Assembly (NCBI GenBank): GCA_913045195.1 | Contig: CAJWQR010000003.1 | Coordinates: forward strand, 187-64,186 | DNA length: 64,000 bases | Direction: 5' to 3' | DNA from: an uncultured Legionellales bacterium | GTDB taxonomy: Bacteria; Pseudomonadota; Gammaproteobacteria; Eutrophobiales; Eutrophobiaceae | Shown here: one piece after another, positions 29,381-40,296 of the stretch | How positions within the stretch are numbered: the first letter of the stretch is position 1 | Layout: each line of letters starts with the position of its first letter | Notes under the pieces: model-generated | Database searches by the model: none | What the model was told of the DNA's origin: nothing | The model's input: only the letters and a program-made list of their open reading frames with translations | Program-made: the position numbers and the translations under genes

Positions 29381-32300
29381 TTATGCCGCCTCTTTCAAAA
29401 CTATTTCATTAAAAAAATACTCTAAAAATACTATCCTAGACACTTTTTTAGTTAATTTCTTATTAATTCTGAGTTTATCTGGACCATCAAATTTATAATC
29501 TTTTGGATTAGACTCTATTAATTCAAAAATACATTTTGGATCAATATTTGAATGCTCCCTAAAATATATACACCCTCCTTTTTCTCCAAGATCAATTTTC
29601 CGAATACCTAATGTAGATGCTTTGTGTTTTAATTTTGTAATATCAAGCAAATTATTAAGTGCCTCAGGTAAACCGCCAAAACGATCTATCATTTCTTCCT
29701 TTAGATCAATTAATTCAGATTCGTGTTTAATACTTGCTATACGCTTGTACATAATTAAACGCATATGCACATCCGGTAAAAAAGTATCTGGTATTAACGC
29801 AGGAATATGTAAATCTATTTCAGCCCCATAGTCTAAAGGTTGATCTAAATCTAATTCTTTATTATCTTTCATTGCGCGCACTACTCTGTCAAGTAATTGC
29901 ATATACAAACTAAAACCAATCTCTTGAATATGGCCGCTTTGACCCTCACCAAGAATTTCTCCTGCGCCTCTTATTTCGAGATCATGAGTCGCAAGTGTAA
30001 ATCCTATACCCAGTTCCTCCAATGCTTCTATCGCCTTTAGTCGTTTTACTGCGTCAGCAGTCATAGCTTTTTGTTCTGGAACCATTAAATATGCATAAGC
30101 GCGATGGTGAGAACGACCTACTCTACCCCTTAATTGATAGAGTTGCGCAAGCCCAAATTTATCTGCGCGATCGATAATAATGGTATTCGCAGTTGGAATA
30201 TCTATTCCTGTCTCAATAATTGTAGTGCAAACCAACACATTAAAGCGACGATGATAAAAATCTAACATAACTGATTCAAGTTGTTTTTCCGGCATTTGTC
30301 CGTGGGCAAATTGCACATGAATTTCAGGCGCGAACCTATTTACTTTTTTAGTGATTTCACCGATTGTTTTAACATTATTATGTAAATAGAAAACTTGGCC
30401 CCCTCGTTTTATTTCTCGTAGTATCGCTTCTTTCAGTAAATGATCATTCTTTTCACTAACAAATGTTTTCACAGCAAGCCGTCGTAATGGCGGTGTTGCA
30501 ATAATAGAAAGTTCGCGTAGGTCCGAAAGAGCCATATTTAATGTTCTTGGTATTGGGGTTGCCGTCAAAGTCAATATATCAATTTCGGCACGTAATGATT
30601 TCAATTTCTCTTTCTGTCGTACTCCATAACGATGTTCTTCATCTATAATAATCAAACCAAGATTTTTAAAAACGATATCATCTTGCAACAATCTATGTGT
30701 GCCTATAATAATATCAGCTGTACCCTTTCTCATTGATGATAAGGCTAAATCCTGTTCTTTTTTTGCACGAAATCGTGATAATAATTCAATCTCTATTGGC
30801 CAATCTGCAAACCGATCAATAAAATTCTGATAGTGTTGTTGAGCTAAAAGAGTCGTTGGTACCAATATACCTACCTGTTTTCCATTCTGAACAGTAATAA
30901 AAGCTGCTCGCATTGCGACTTCAGTTTTCCCAAAACCAGCATCGCCGCAGACAAGTCTATCCATAGGTTGATCACTAAGTAAATCATCAATCATTGAATT
31001 AATTGTTTCTTGTTGTCCGGGGGTTTCTTCAAATGGAAAATTCTGTATGAAAGAATAATATTCATCTTGATCCAATTTATAAGGCTCCCTTTTTTTAGCA
31101 ACACGACGAGCGTGTAATTCCAATAGTTCCACAGCAACATCGTAAACTTTCTCAGTAGCTTTACGTTTTGCCCTTTGCCACTGCCCACTCCCTAATCTAT
31201 AAAGTGGAGCCTTGTCTGGATTCACTCCTGTATAACGAGAAATTAAATCTAATGCTGAGACAGGTACATATAACTTGTCTTTATCAGCATATTCAAGGTG
31301 AATAAATTCACCGAGAATGCCGCCTACCTCGATGGTAATCAAGCCACGATAGCGACCAACACCATGCTCTTCATGCACGACAGGTGAGCCCATCCTCAAT
31401 TCAGTTAAGTTACGAACTATGGCATCAGCATCTAATCTTTGGCGTTTACGTAAACGTCGTTGCATTGCCCGTTCACCGAATAATTGTGCTTCTGTTATAA
31501 TCGCAATGTTTGGTTTTTTTATAATTAAACCATTCTCGATTGCCATAACTGCTATGGCAAATTTAATATCACTTTGTAGAAAACTATTCCAGTCTTCCAT
31601 TTCTTTTGGTATTGTTTTCTTTTTAAATAATTCTTTTATTGTTTCGAGTCGACCTTTTGTTTCGGCAGCTATTAAAACACGTCCTTTAAATTCATTTAAA
31701 AAATTTTTAATTAATTTAATAGGATCTTTTGAACGTGCATCTATTGGGATACTCGTCGGAATGCTCGAATTATATTCAATGAAATCTGTATTGGAATTCG
31801 TTTTTAGATTACTAATATGAATCTGGGTAAATCTTTCTGAAATTTTATTAAAATCATTTATATCAAGAAAAACTTTATTAGATGGCAGGATCGGTCTTTC
31901 AGTATTGCGAGATTTCTCTTGATATCGTGATGCAATATCTTCTAAAAATGATTCTGCAACTATACTTACCTCTTCATCAAATATTAATGTGGAATTATCA
32001 TCTATATAATCAAATAAAGTACTTGTCTCTTTATAAAATAAAGGTAAATAGTATTCTACCCCTGAAGGAGCAAGTGATTGACTTACATCACGATACATTG
32101 GACATTGATTTGGATTGCCTTGAAAATATGAACGCCAGTTCTCTCGAAAACGAGCGATATTCTCATCAGCTAATGAAATTTCTCTTGCTGGCAAAATGCG
32201 GAGCGAACTAATTGTCTCATTTGAGCGCTGAGTTTCAACATTAAATAAGCGTATGCTGTCAATTTCATTATCAAATAGATCTACTCTAAAGGGTTTACTT

Positions 32301-32854
32301 TTCCCCATTGGATAAATATCTATTAAGGAACCTCTTATGGCAGCTTCGCCATGTTCTGTAACTTGTGTAACAAAATTGTAACCTTGTTGAGATAATTTAT
32401 TTTTAAAATCTTCTAAATTAATTTTTTGCCCCATATCTAGTGAAAAAGCATTTTCTAGAAGATGATTTATTGGCAATAGGCGATGCATTAATGTAGTAAT
32501 TGGTACTACTAAAATACCGCTTGATAGATTGGTTAATTCAAACAAGATTTTTAGGCGTTCTGAAATAATATCCTGATAAGGCGAAAAAATATCATAAGGC
32601 AATGTTTCCCAATCAGGAAAATATCTAATTTTATTTATTTTAGAATTTCTTACATAATACTGTAATTCACTAACTAAATTTACGGCAGTTAAAGCATCTG
32701 CTGTTATTACTATAATAGGGGTTTTTATTTTTGCCAACATATTGGCAATTGCAAGAGATTTTGCACTACCATATAGTCTGGACCAATGTGTCTTTATTTT
32801 ATTTTTCTCTGGTAATACTGGAGTCAGAACATTCTGTCTAATTAATGCGGACAC
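29381..32854 (-). CDS. mfd: transcription-repair coupling factor
   Basis: 1157 aa. UvrB-homology N-terminus. Superfamily 2 helicase motifs GDAGFGKTEVA, DEEHRYG and QLRGRVGR. TRG and C-terminal D7 domains. Confidence 0.95.
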   Translation of the reverse strand: MSALIRQNVLTPVLPEKNKIKTHWSRLYGSAKSLAIANMLAKIKTPIIVITADALTAVNLVSELQYYVRNSKINKIRYFPDWETLPYDIFSPYQDIISERLKILFELTNLSSGILVVPITTLMHRLLPINHLLENAFSLDMGQKINLEDFKNKLSQQGYNFVTQVTEHGEAAIRGSLIDIYPMGKSKPFRVDLFDNEIDSIRLFNVETQRSNETISSLRILPAREISLADENIARFRENWRSYFQGNPNQCPMYRDVSQSLAPSGVEYYLPLFYKETSTLFDYIDDNSTLIFDEEVSIVAESFLEDIASRYQEKSRNTERPILPSNKVFLDINDFNKISERFTQIHISNLKTNSNTDFIEYNSSIPTSIPIDARSKDPIKLIKNFLNEFKGRVLIAAETKGRLETIKELFKKKTIPKEMEDWNSFLQSDIKFAIAVMAIENGLIIKKPNIAIITEAQLFGERAMQRRLRKRQRLDADAIVRNLTELRMGSPVVHEEHGVGRYRGLITIEVGGILGEFIHLEYADKDKLYVPVSALDLISRYTGVNPDKAPLYRLGSGQWQRAKRKATEKVYDVAVELLELHARRVAKKREPYKLDQDEYYSFIQNFPFEETPGQQETINSMIDDLLSDQPMDRLVCGDAGFGKTEVAMRAAFITVQNGKQVGILVPTTLLAQQHYQNFIDRFADWPIEIELLSRFRAKKEQDLALSSMRKGTADIIIGTHRLLQDDIVFKNLGLIIIDEEHRYGVRQKEKLKSLRAEIDILTLTATPIPRTLNMALSDLRELSIIATPPLRRLAVKTFVSEKNDHLLKEAILREIKRGGQVFYLHNNVKTIGEITKKVNRFAPEIHVQFAHGQMPEKQLESVMLDFYHRRFNVLVCTTIIETGIDIPTANTIIIDRADKFGLAQLYQLRGRVGRSHHRAYAYLMVPEQKAMTADAVKRLKAIEALEELGIGFTLATHDLEIRGAGEILGEGQSGHIQEIGFSLYMQLLDRVVRAMKDNKELDLDQPLDYGAEIDLHIPALIPDTFLPDVHMRLIMYKRIASIKHESELIDLKEEMIDRFGGLPEALNNLLDITKLKHKASTLGIRKIDLGEKGGCIYFREHSNIDPKCIFELIESNPKDYKFDGPDKLRINKKLTKKVSRIVFLEYFFNEIVLKEAA

Positions 32855-32864
32855 AATGAAAAAA

Positions 32865-33575
32865 TTAATCTAGTGAACTTATGCTTTTATTAATTGATTT
32901 TAAAATATCGGCTGGTTTAGAAGCGCCCGTTATTGGCCTCCCAATAACAAGATAATTACTACCCGCCTTAATCGCATCATGCGGTGACATTATGCGCTTT
33001 TGATCGTCACTATTTAAATCATCTAATCTAATTCCCGGAGTAACCAAACAAAAATCTTTACCTAGTTCATACCTTAATTTACTTGCTTCTATTCCAGAAC
33101 AAACAACGCCATCCAAACCTGATGATTTCGCCAATTTTGACAATAATAATACCTGATCCTCAATAGATTTAGTTATGCCTAATTCAAGTAGATCGTCAGA
33201 GGAAATACTTGTTAATAATGTAACTGCTATAAGTAATGGTGGATTTTTAGATCGTCTTGATTTTGTTAAAGATTCATAAGCTGCTTCCATCATATGTCTT
33301 CCCCCAGCAGCATGAATATTTAACATCCAGACATCTAAGTCGGCTGCCACACGGCAAGCATTGGCAACAGTATTGGGAATATCATGATATTTAAGATCTA
33401 AAAATATTTCGAAATCTAATGTCCTTAATTTCTCAATTAATTTTGGACCTTCAGCTGTAAACAGCTCTTTGCCTATCTTTATCTTACAGTGTATTGGATC
33501 AATTTTGTGACAGAATTCTATTGCTTGTTTGGCATCTGGAAAATCAAGTGAAACAATGACTCGGCTTTTACTCAC
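32865..33575 (-). CDS. pyrF: orotidine-5'-phosphate decarboxylase
   Basis: VSLDFPD...DLKYHDIPNTV...PGI...R are the OMPdecase catalytic motifs. Confidence 0.9.
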   Translation of the reverse strand: MSKSRVIVSLDFPDAKQAIEFCHKIDPIHCKIKIGKELFTAEGPKLIEKLRTLDFEIFLDLKYHDIPNTVANACRVAADLDVWMLNIHAAGGRHMMEAAYESLTKSRRSKNPPLLIAVTLLTSISSDDLLELGITKSIEDQVLLLSKLAKSSGLDGVVCSGIEASKLRYELGKDFCLVTPGIRLDDLNSDDQKRIMSPHDAIKAGSNYLVIGRPITGASKPADILKSINKSISSLD

Positions 33576-34737
33576 CAGCTACTCCATAAATAGGTTTAAT
33601 TGATTCCCATTGTTTACACCCTGGGCATTTCCAATGCAACATTTTTGCATCAAAACCGCAATTGTTACATTTATATATTGACTTCTTCTCAATTAATTTA
33701 GCGGTAAGTTTTTTAATAGTGCTGAGACGTTTGTATGTCTCACCTTCAGACTTGCTTAATGTATATTCGATTAATTTATCAACACCCTGAACTGTTGCCC
33801 TGTTTCTTAGCTCTTGGAATATAAAATTAATCGCTAAATCTTTATCCTCATGTTCAGCAATTAGTTCAGTCAAAATTAATAATATATTTATATTCCCATA
33901 TACATTTGCAATTTTTCTTAAATATTCAATAAATTGATCAACATTATCCAGCTCTTTATAACATTCATATAATGGCAATATAATTTCTGTTATATAATTA
34001 TTATCTTGTAACTCCAATCGTTGGTAAGATTCAATCGCTTGTTCTATTTTTCCCGTAAGTTTGTATATTTTAGCTTCAATTATACTGGCTCTAACGCATT
34101 TCGAATTAGCATTCATTGCGTTATGAATTTGTTCTTTTGCACTACTTAATATCCCAGCATCCAATTCATTTTCAGCAACTTCACAAAAAAACTGAGCTAT
34201 CATAGAGTTTAAATTTTTACCAGAAACAGTTTCAAATTTTTTAGCTATAATAATTGCATTTTCCCAATCCTTCTCTTGTTGATATATCTCCAATAAATTA
34301 AAGTATGCTTCATTTTGATATAAATCTAAATCTACTAATTCCAAAAATAGTTTTTCAGCTCTGTCTAATAAACCGGAACGCATATAATCCATACCAAGCT
34401 CGAGCAGAGCGTGTGCGCGTTGCCCCTGATTCAAGGTCCGTCGCGCAATTAAATTCTGATGAATTCGTATAGCACGGTCAACCTCACCTCGCCTACGAAA
34501 CAAATTTCCTAACGCAAGATGTGTTTCTACAGTTTCGTTATCGACTTCAACCATACGAATAAATACTTCAATTGCCTTATCTGGCTGTTCATTTAAAACA
34601 AAATTTAGACCTTTGAAATATTCGGGATGGATGTTTTTAGATAGTTTTTTTGTTTCTTGCGCGAATCTACCTATCCACCATCCGGATAATGCGGCAACTG
34701 GCAATAATAACCAAAATATATTTAGTTCAAGGTGCAT
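33568..34737 (-). CDS. lapB: lipopolysaccharide assembly protein B (TPR protein with C-terminal rubredoxin-like zinc ribbon)
   Basis: N-terminal TM anchor, multiple TPR repeats and the C-terminal CNNCGFDAKMLHWKCPGCKQW. lapA-lapB-pyrF synteny as in E. coli yciS-yciM-pyrF. Confidence 0.9.
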   Translation of the reverse strand: MHLELNIFWLLLPVAALSGWWIGRFAQETKKLSKNIHPEYFKGLNFVLNEQPDKAIEVFIRMVEVDNETVETHLALGNLFRRRGEVDRAIRIHQNLIARRTLNQGQRAHALLELGMDYMRSGLLDRAEKLFLELVDLDLYQNEAYFNLLEIYQQEKDWENAIIIAKKFETVSGKNLNSMIAQFFCEVAENELDAGILSSAKEQIHNAMNANSKCVRASIIEAKIYKLTGKIEQAIESYQRLELQDNNYITEIILPLYECYKELDNVDQFIEYLRKIANVYGNINILLILTELIAEHEDKDLAINFIFQELRNRATVQGVDKLIEYTLSKSEGETYKRLSTIKKLTAKLIEKKSIYKCNNCGFDAKMLHWKCPGCKQWESIKPIYGVAGE

Positions 34738-34743
34738 TTCGTA

Positions 34744-35031
34744 TTAGTCCTTCAATGCAGACACGCGAAGACTGTTTATCTCTTCTTCTATATTTTTTAA
34801 TTTTTTTTCTAACTTATGGTTGTTTTTCTTAATTCTCATAATAATAGGAAAATTGACTAAAATACCAAGCAGTACACCAACGCATATTGCTAAAATAATT
34901 ACTAAAGAGAAAGATAATTGAATTTCACCAATATAGTAATTCAAGGTAACTAATTGATGATTTTTTAAGTAGAGAGCTAAACCAAATAATAGAATAAAGA
35001 TAATAAAGATGAATTTAGGTATAAATGTCAT
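34744..35031 (-). CDS. lapA: lipopolysaccharide assembly protein A (DUF1049 inner-membrane protein)
   Basis: 95 aa with two TM helices and a C-terminal basic coiled region. Position immediately upstream of lapB. Confidence 0.7.
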   Translation of the reverse strand: MTFIPKFIFIIFILLFGLALYLKNHQLVTLNYYIGEIQLSFSLVIILAICVGVLLGILVNFPIIMRIKKNNHKLEKKLKNIEEEINSLRVSALKD

Positions 35032-35163
35032 ATCATCCCCGAAATTTATATTTTTTATAGATGAAAAGAAATTTAATAACTAAGATAAACAGTCTATGTG
35101 ATGGTGACAAGCACTAATAACGCAAAGTCTAGTGAAAAAAAATAAATGGCTGTAGATACTTCT

Positions 35164-35466
35164 TCAGTTTGTAATCAGGTTATATTTATTATTTACCTTT
35201 TCACGTAGTTCTTTTCCTGGTTTAAAATGAGGTACATATTTTGCTGGTAATGCTACCGGTTCGCCTGATTTCGGATTACGCCCAGATCTTGCAGGGCGAA
35301 AATGTAAAGAAAAACTTCCAAATCCCCGGATTTCAATACGTTCGCCGTTTGAGAGAGAGCCTGACATATATTCAAGTATAGTTTTTACAGCCAATTCAAT
35401 ATCTCTATTGGCAAGCTGTGGTTGTTTCTGAGCTAAAACTTCGATCAATTCAGATTTCGTCATCAC
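35164..35466 (-). CDS. ihfB: integration host factor subunit beta
   Basis: [11 protein letters not shown]...[10 protein letters not shown]...RNPKTGE-type HU/IHF fold. rpsA-ihfB synteny. Confidence 0.9.
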   Translation of the reverse strand: MMTKSELIEVLAQKQPQLANRDIELAVKTILEYMSGSLSNGERIEIRGFGSFSLHFRPARSGRNPKSGEPVALPAKYVPHFKPGKELREKVNNKYNLITN

Positions 35467-35605
35467 TGCATCTCAATTATTTTATATACAATATTTCTTT
35501 TTTAAAAATACTATTGATACTAACTATTTTCCAATATAATCATATATTTATTAACGATAATAACAATTCAAAAAATGATAAGCAATCCGTTATTTCAAAT
35601 TTTAT

Positions 35606-37276
35606 TTACTTACTTTCTAAATGCTCCTTTAAAATATCCCCAAGCTTAGAGTTTCCGCTAGCTTCCGGAGCATATTCGTTTACAGTAATCTGCTCATCAT
35701 CTGACTCTTTAGCCTTAATTGAAAGGTTGATTGTACGTTTCCTACGATCAATTGCGGTAATTTTTACCTCAACCTCATCATCTTCTTTGAAGATTGTTCT
35801 AGCGTCTGTTATTTCTTCCTCTAATGAAATCTCGTTTGCTTTTAATAAACCTTCTACCTCTTCTGCAAGATCAACAATAACAAAACCTTGGTCGACTTTT
35901 TTAATTATACCTTTAACAATTGAGCCTTTTTGTTTTTCAGAAACGTAACTTGAAAAAGGATCTTGCTCTAATTGTTTTATTCCAAGTGAAATTCGTTCTC
36001 GTTCTGAATCTACTGCCAGAACTACTGTTGTAATTTCATCTCCCTTATTAAAATTACGTATAGATATCTCTGTATCATCATTCCATGAAACATCTGACAA
36101 ATGTACTAAGCCATCGATTCCGCCTTCAAGCCCAATAAATATACCAAAATCGGTAATTGATTTAATTGAGCCTGCGACCCGATCACCTTTGTTATGTGTT
36201 GACGAAAATTTTTCCCACGGATTTGGTCCGCACTGTTTAATTCCTAATGAAATGCGACGACGTTCTTGATCAATATCAAGAATCATCACTTCAACTTCCT
36301 GCCCAAGGTGTACAAGATTAGACGGATGTACGTTTTTATTAGTCCAATCCATTTCGGATACATGAACAAGTCCTTCAACGCCTTCTTCTAGTTCTACAAA
36401 ACAACCATAATCAGCGAGACTGGTAATTTTTCCATTTAAACGGGCTCCTTCGGGATATCTGTTAGTTAAATTCAACCAAGGATCATCTCCCATCTGTTTA
36501 AGACCAAGAGAGACTCGTCTTTTTTCAGAATCAAACTTCAGAACTTTAACATCAATTTCATCTCCAATATTTACTATTTCGCTAGGATTCTTAACCCGTT
36601 TCCACGCCATATCTGTAATATGAAGAAGACCATCGATTCCACCCAAATCTATAAATGCCCCGTAATCAGTCAAATTCTTGACTATCCCCTTAACTAATGC
36701 ACCTTCTTTTAAAGATTCTAGTAATGCATCAATATCAATAGTGTTTTCAGTTTCAACAACAGCACGCCTTGAAACAACAATATTATTTCGTTGTTGATCG
36801 ACTTTTATAACTTTAAATTCTATTGGTTTGCCTTCCAAGAACGAAGTATCGCGTATAGGTCTTACGTCAACCAAAGACCCTGGTAAAAATGCACGTACTT
36901 TACCAACTTCAACAGTAAAACCTCCCTTTACTCTTTCGGTAATTATTCCTATCACAGTCTTATTATCTTCATGCGCCTTTTCCAGTTCCTCCCAAGCAAT
37001 CTTCCGTTTTGCTTTTTCACGTGAAAGGCGAGTAACGCCATAACCATCTTCAATAGATTCAAGTGATACATCAACATCATCACCAACGGTAACTTCAAGT
37101 TGACCTTCCTCATTAAGAAATTGTTCTACAGGAATAACGCCTTCAGACTTAAGTCCTGCATTTACAACAACAGAATCTGTTTTAACATCGATCACCTTCG
37201 CACTAATTATACTGCCCGGGCGCATTTTATTTTCTATTTGGCTTTGTTCAAATAATTCGGCAAAACTATCACTCAT
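35606..37276 (-). CDS. rpsA: 30S ribosomal protein S1
   Basis: Six S1 repeats; [13 protein letters not shown]-terminus is like the E. coli MTESFAQLFEES. Confidence 0.95.
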   Translation of the reverse strand: MSDSFAELFEQSQIENKMRPGSIISAKVIDVKTDSVVVNAGLKSEGVIPVEQFLNEEGQLEVTVGDDVDVSLESIEDGYGVTRLSREKAKRKIAWEELEKAHEDNKTVIGIITERVKGGFTVEVGKVRAFLPGSLVDVRPIRDTSFLEGKPIEFKVIKVDQQRNNIVVSRRAVVETENTIDIDALLESLKEGALVKGIVKNLTDYGAFIDLGGIDGLLHITDMAWKRVKNPSEIVNIGDEIDVKVLKFDSEKRRVSLGLKQMGDDPWLNLTNRYPEGARLNGKITSLADYGCFVELEEGVEGLVHVSEMDWTNKNVHPSNLVHLGQEVEVMILDIDQERRRISLGIKQCGPNPWEKFSSTHNKGDRVAGSIKSITDFGIFIGLEGGIDGLVHLSDVSWNDDTEISIRNFNKGDEITTVVLAVDSERERISLGIKQLEQDPFSSYVSEKQKGSIVKGIIKKVDQGFVIVDLAEEVEGLLKANEISLEEEITDARTIFKEDDEVEVKITAIDRRKRTINLSIKAKESDDEQITVNEYAPEASGNSKLGDILKEHLESK

Positions 37277-37350
37277 GAATGGTAATTCCTGAAACCTGCT
37301 TGAAACTTCAGCAAGGCTATTTGTTGTTTAGTTAATCTCAAGTTGATTAC

Positions 37351-38058
37351 TTATCGCAAGTAATCAACCACCTGTCTTGATAAATTAGGTACCCTATCAA
37401 CGACTAATTTCAAAATCTCTTCCATAACGCCTTTAACATCAAGAGTACTCGTATCGATAACAATTGCATCTTCTGCAGGTTTCAACGGAGAAACGTTACG
37501 TGTACTATCTCGTTTATCTCTTTCAGCAATTTCCGTATAAAGGTGGCGGAGATTAACACTAATGCCTCCCTGCTTCAACTGTTTGAATCGCCTTTTAGCT
37601 CTTTCTTCAATATTAGCAGTTAGAAATATCTTTAATTTTGCGTTAGGAAATACCACTGTTCCCATATCACGGCCGTCAGCAATTAATCCTGGCTCCTTAC
37701 AAAATGCCCTTTGTTGTGTAAGTAACGCTTTACGAACTGCGGCTATAGGGGCAATAACTGAGGCTGCTTTTCCGCAAGTTTCGGATCGAATCACATCTGT
37801 AACAACTTCACCGTCAAAAAAAACCTCAGCCATACTTTCAATATCATTTATATTAAATTTAACATCTAACTGATCTACTAATTGCACTAATTCATCTTCT
37901 CTTTTTATTTGGTTTCTTTCTGCTGCAATTGCGAGAACACGGTAAAGAGCTCCACTATCAAGAAAATTCCATTTCAGAAAATAAGCTAAACGGCTACAAA
38001 TTGTCCCTTTACCTGTGCCGCTTGGGCCATCAACAGTTATAACTGTTACATTAGACAT
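37351..38058 (-). CDS. cmk: cytidylate kinase
   Basis: P-loop ITVDGPSGTGKGT. cmk-rpsA synteny. Confidence 0.9.
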   Translation of the reverse strand: MSNVTVITVDGPSGTGKGTICSRLAYFLKWNFLDSGALYRVLAIAAERNQIKREDELVQLVDQLDVKFNINDIESMAEVFFDGEVVTDVIRSETCGKAASVIAPIAAVRKALLTQQRAFCKEPGLIADGRDMGTVVFPNAKLKIFLTANIEERAKRRFKQLKQGGISVNLRHLYTEIAERDKRDSTRNVSPLKPAEDAIVIDTSTLDVKGVMEEILKLVVDRVPNLSRQVVDYLR

Positions 38059-39364
38059 AATCTATATTAATGCCTAAATGTTTAGCAGTATCGATGAATC
38101 CAGGAAAAGATGTTGCTACATTTTTACAGCTATTAATAATAATTGGTGCTTTAGCAATTATACCGGCAATAGAAAAAGCCATCGCAATACGATGATCATC
38201 ATTGCTATTAATTACTCCGCCGTTATATTGGCCACCCTCGATTATCATACCATCCTCTAAAGCTTTTACTTTTATGCCTAAACTAATAAAACCATCTAGC
38301 ATTGATTGAATACGATCGCTTTCCTTTACACGTAATTCAGTAGCGCCTGATAATCTCGTTTTACCTTTTGCGCAAGCAGCAGCTACTAAAATAATAGGAA
38401 GTTCATCTATTGCAACTGGGACTAATTCCTCGGGTATATCAATTCCAGTTAATTTACTAGTCTTAGCATAAATAGTGGCAACTGGTTCACCAGATTCTAA
38501 TCGTTCATTCTTAAGCTCTACATCTGCTCCCATTGATTTCATGATTTTTATCATGGCATTACGCGTAGGATTTACCCCAACATTTTCTAAGATTATATTA
38601 GAATTGGGTGTTAATATTGCGGCTACAATAAAGTATGCTGCAGAAGAAAAATCGCCCGGAACAATAATTTCACAACCTATTAACCTATCTGCTTTTTTAA
38701 TGGAAATTTGATTACCTTTTTTTATTACAGAATGAGAAAAATTAGCAAGCATTCGCTCTGTATGGTCTCGTGTTGCCGTATTTTCGATAATTTTCGTAGT
38801 TCCCTCCGCATAAAGCCCTGCCAATAATAAACAAGATTTTAATTGTGCGCTAAAAATAGGTAGCTCATATTCAATGGCCTCTATTTTTTGTCCTCCTTCT
38901 ATTTTTATGGGTAGTGTTCCTAAATCAGTGCAATTAATTTTAGCATTCATTTTTTGTAATGGATTAATAATGCGAGACATTGGTCTTTTCATTAAAGACG
39001 CATCCCCGATTAACTGAGAACTGAAATTTTGAGCTGATAATAAACCTGAAAGCAATCTCACAGATGTTCCAGAATTGCCAAAATCTAATGTTGGATTTTC
39101 AGCACGTAAACCATGAAGCCCTACACCTTTTACTATAATTATGTCCCTATCATTTTTAATATTAACTCCCATTTTTTGGAAAACCCTAATGGTTGCTAAT
39201 GTATCTTCTCCTTGTAAAAAATTCTTGATTCTTGATTCGCCATCTGCGATTGCCGCTAAAATGATAGCGCGGTGAGATATTGACTTATCCCCCGGAATAT
39301 TTGCTTTACCTATAATAGAATTACTTGGTTCAATGCGAAAATTAGTATTGCCTTTTAGACTCAT
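38051..39364 (-). CDS. aroA: 3-phosphoshikimate 1-carboxyvinyltransferase (EPSP synthase)
   Basis: PGDKSISHRA, LGNSGTSVRLL and the RxxxR...DHRIAMAF motifs. 437 aa. Confidence 0.95.
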   Translation of the reverse strand: MSLKGNTNFRIEPSNSIIGKANIPGDKSISHRAIILAAIADGESRIKNFLQGEDTLATIRVFQKMGVNIKNDRDIIIVKGVGLHGLRAENPTLDFGNSGTSVRLLSGLLSAQNFSSQLIGDASLMKRPMSRIINPLQKMNAKINCTDLGTLPIKIEGGQKIEAIEYELPIFSAQLKSCLLLAGLYAEGTTKIIENTATRDHTERMLANFSHSVIKKGNQISIKKADRLIGCEIIVPGDFSSAAYFIVAAILTPNSNIILENVGVNPTRNAMIKIMKSMGADVELKNERLESGEPVATIYAKTSKLTGIDIPEELVPVAIDELPIILVAAACAKGKTRLSGATELRVKESDRIQSMLDGFISLGIKVKALEDGMIIEGGQYNGGVINSNDDHRIAMAFSIAGIIAKAPIIINSCKNVATSFPGFIDTAKHLGINIDYV

Positions 39365-39392
39365 TTTAATATTTATTAATCAGTTGTAATCT

Positions 39393-40265
39393 CTAGCGGT
39401 TTTTTTCTTTATTAAATTTATCTCTTGCTTCTTTAGCTCGCCTGAAAGTTTCCAATAGCTCATTGCTTTCTGATTTTTCGATTGCTACTTTTATCTTATT
39501 AATATGTGTAGAAAAAATTTCTAATGCTCGTACCAGTGCTTGTCGATTTGAAAAACATATATCATGCCACATTTCAGGGTTACTAGAGGCAATTCGAGTA
39601 AAATCAGCAAATCCTCCTGCTGCATATTTAAAAATCTCATCGCGTTCCTGCATACCAGCAAGACAATCTACTAAAGCGTAAGCAAGCATATGGGGTAAGT
39701 GGCTTGTTGCTGCAAGCACTTCATCATGATGCTGAACATCTAAGTTAACAACGTCAGCGCCTGCCGCTTTCCACATTTCAGTAATAAGCTTACATGCCTT
39801 TGGGCAAGTTTCTTCTACTGGCGTTAGTATTACGCGATGATTGACAAATAGATCTTCAAGTGAAGCCTCAACTCCATTCTTTTCAGTTCCGGCTATTGGG
39901 TGACCTGGAACGAAATTACAAAATTTTTCAAACAACGTCTGTCTAGCAGCTTTAACAATGCCACTCTTAACACTACCAACATCAGTCAGTACAGTATTAG
40001 CGGACATTGAATCTGCTATTTTCGGTAACAATTTCTCAGATATAGCTAAAGGCGTCCCTACTACAATAACATCAGATTTTTTTACCGCCTCATGTATATC
40101 CAGAGAATAATCATCGATTACACCTAATTGAACTGCTTTTTTTAAAGTTTCCTCGGAACGATTACATCCAGTAACTCGGCCAACAAACTCCGCTTTACGA
40201 AGAGCACGAGCCAATGAACCACCAATAAGCCCAACGCCGATGATTGATAAATGATCAATTAACAT
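39393..40265 (-). CDS. tyrA: prephenate/arogenate dehydrogenase
   Basis: Rossmann motif IIGVGLIGGSLARAL. HPIAGTE catalytic His region. Confidence 0.85.
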   Translation of the reverse strand: MLIDHLSIIGVGLIGGSLARALRKAEFVGRVTGCNRSEETLKKAVQLGVIDDYSLDIHEAVKKSDVIVVGTPLAISEKLLPKIADSMSANTVLTDVGSVKSGIVKAARQTLFEKFCNFVPGHPIAGTEKNGVEASLEDLFVNHRVILTPVEETCPKACKLITEMWKAAGADVVNLDVQHHDEVLAATSHLPHMLAYALVDCLAGMQERDEIFKYAAGGFADFTRIASSNPEMWHDICFSNRQALVRALEIFSTHINKIKVAIEKSESNELLETFRRAKEARDKFNKEKNR

Positions 40266-40296
40266 GAGGTCAAATTATATACATATTCAAACATAG

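Noticed and set aside
31419-31820. 133-aa plus-strand ORF inside mfd, plus other antisense ORFs in mfd (29622-29831, 31882-32211)
   Set aside because: Antisense to the continuous 1157-aa Mfd reading frame. The composition is typical of AT-rich shadow frames.
37335-37356. 8-bp inverted repeat gattactt-atcgc-aagtaatc spanning the cmk stop codon
   Set aside because: No U tract on the minus-strand transcript. rpsA is known to be transcribed from promoters inside cmk, so read-through is expected; not convincing as a terminator.
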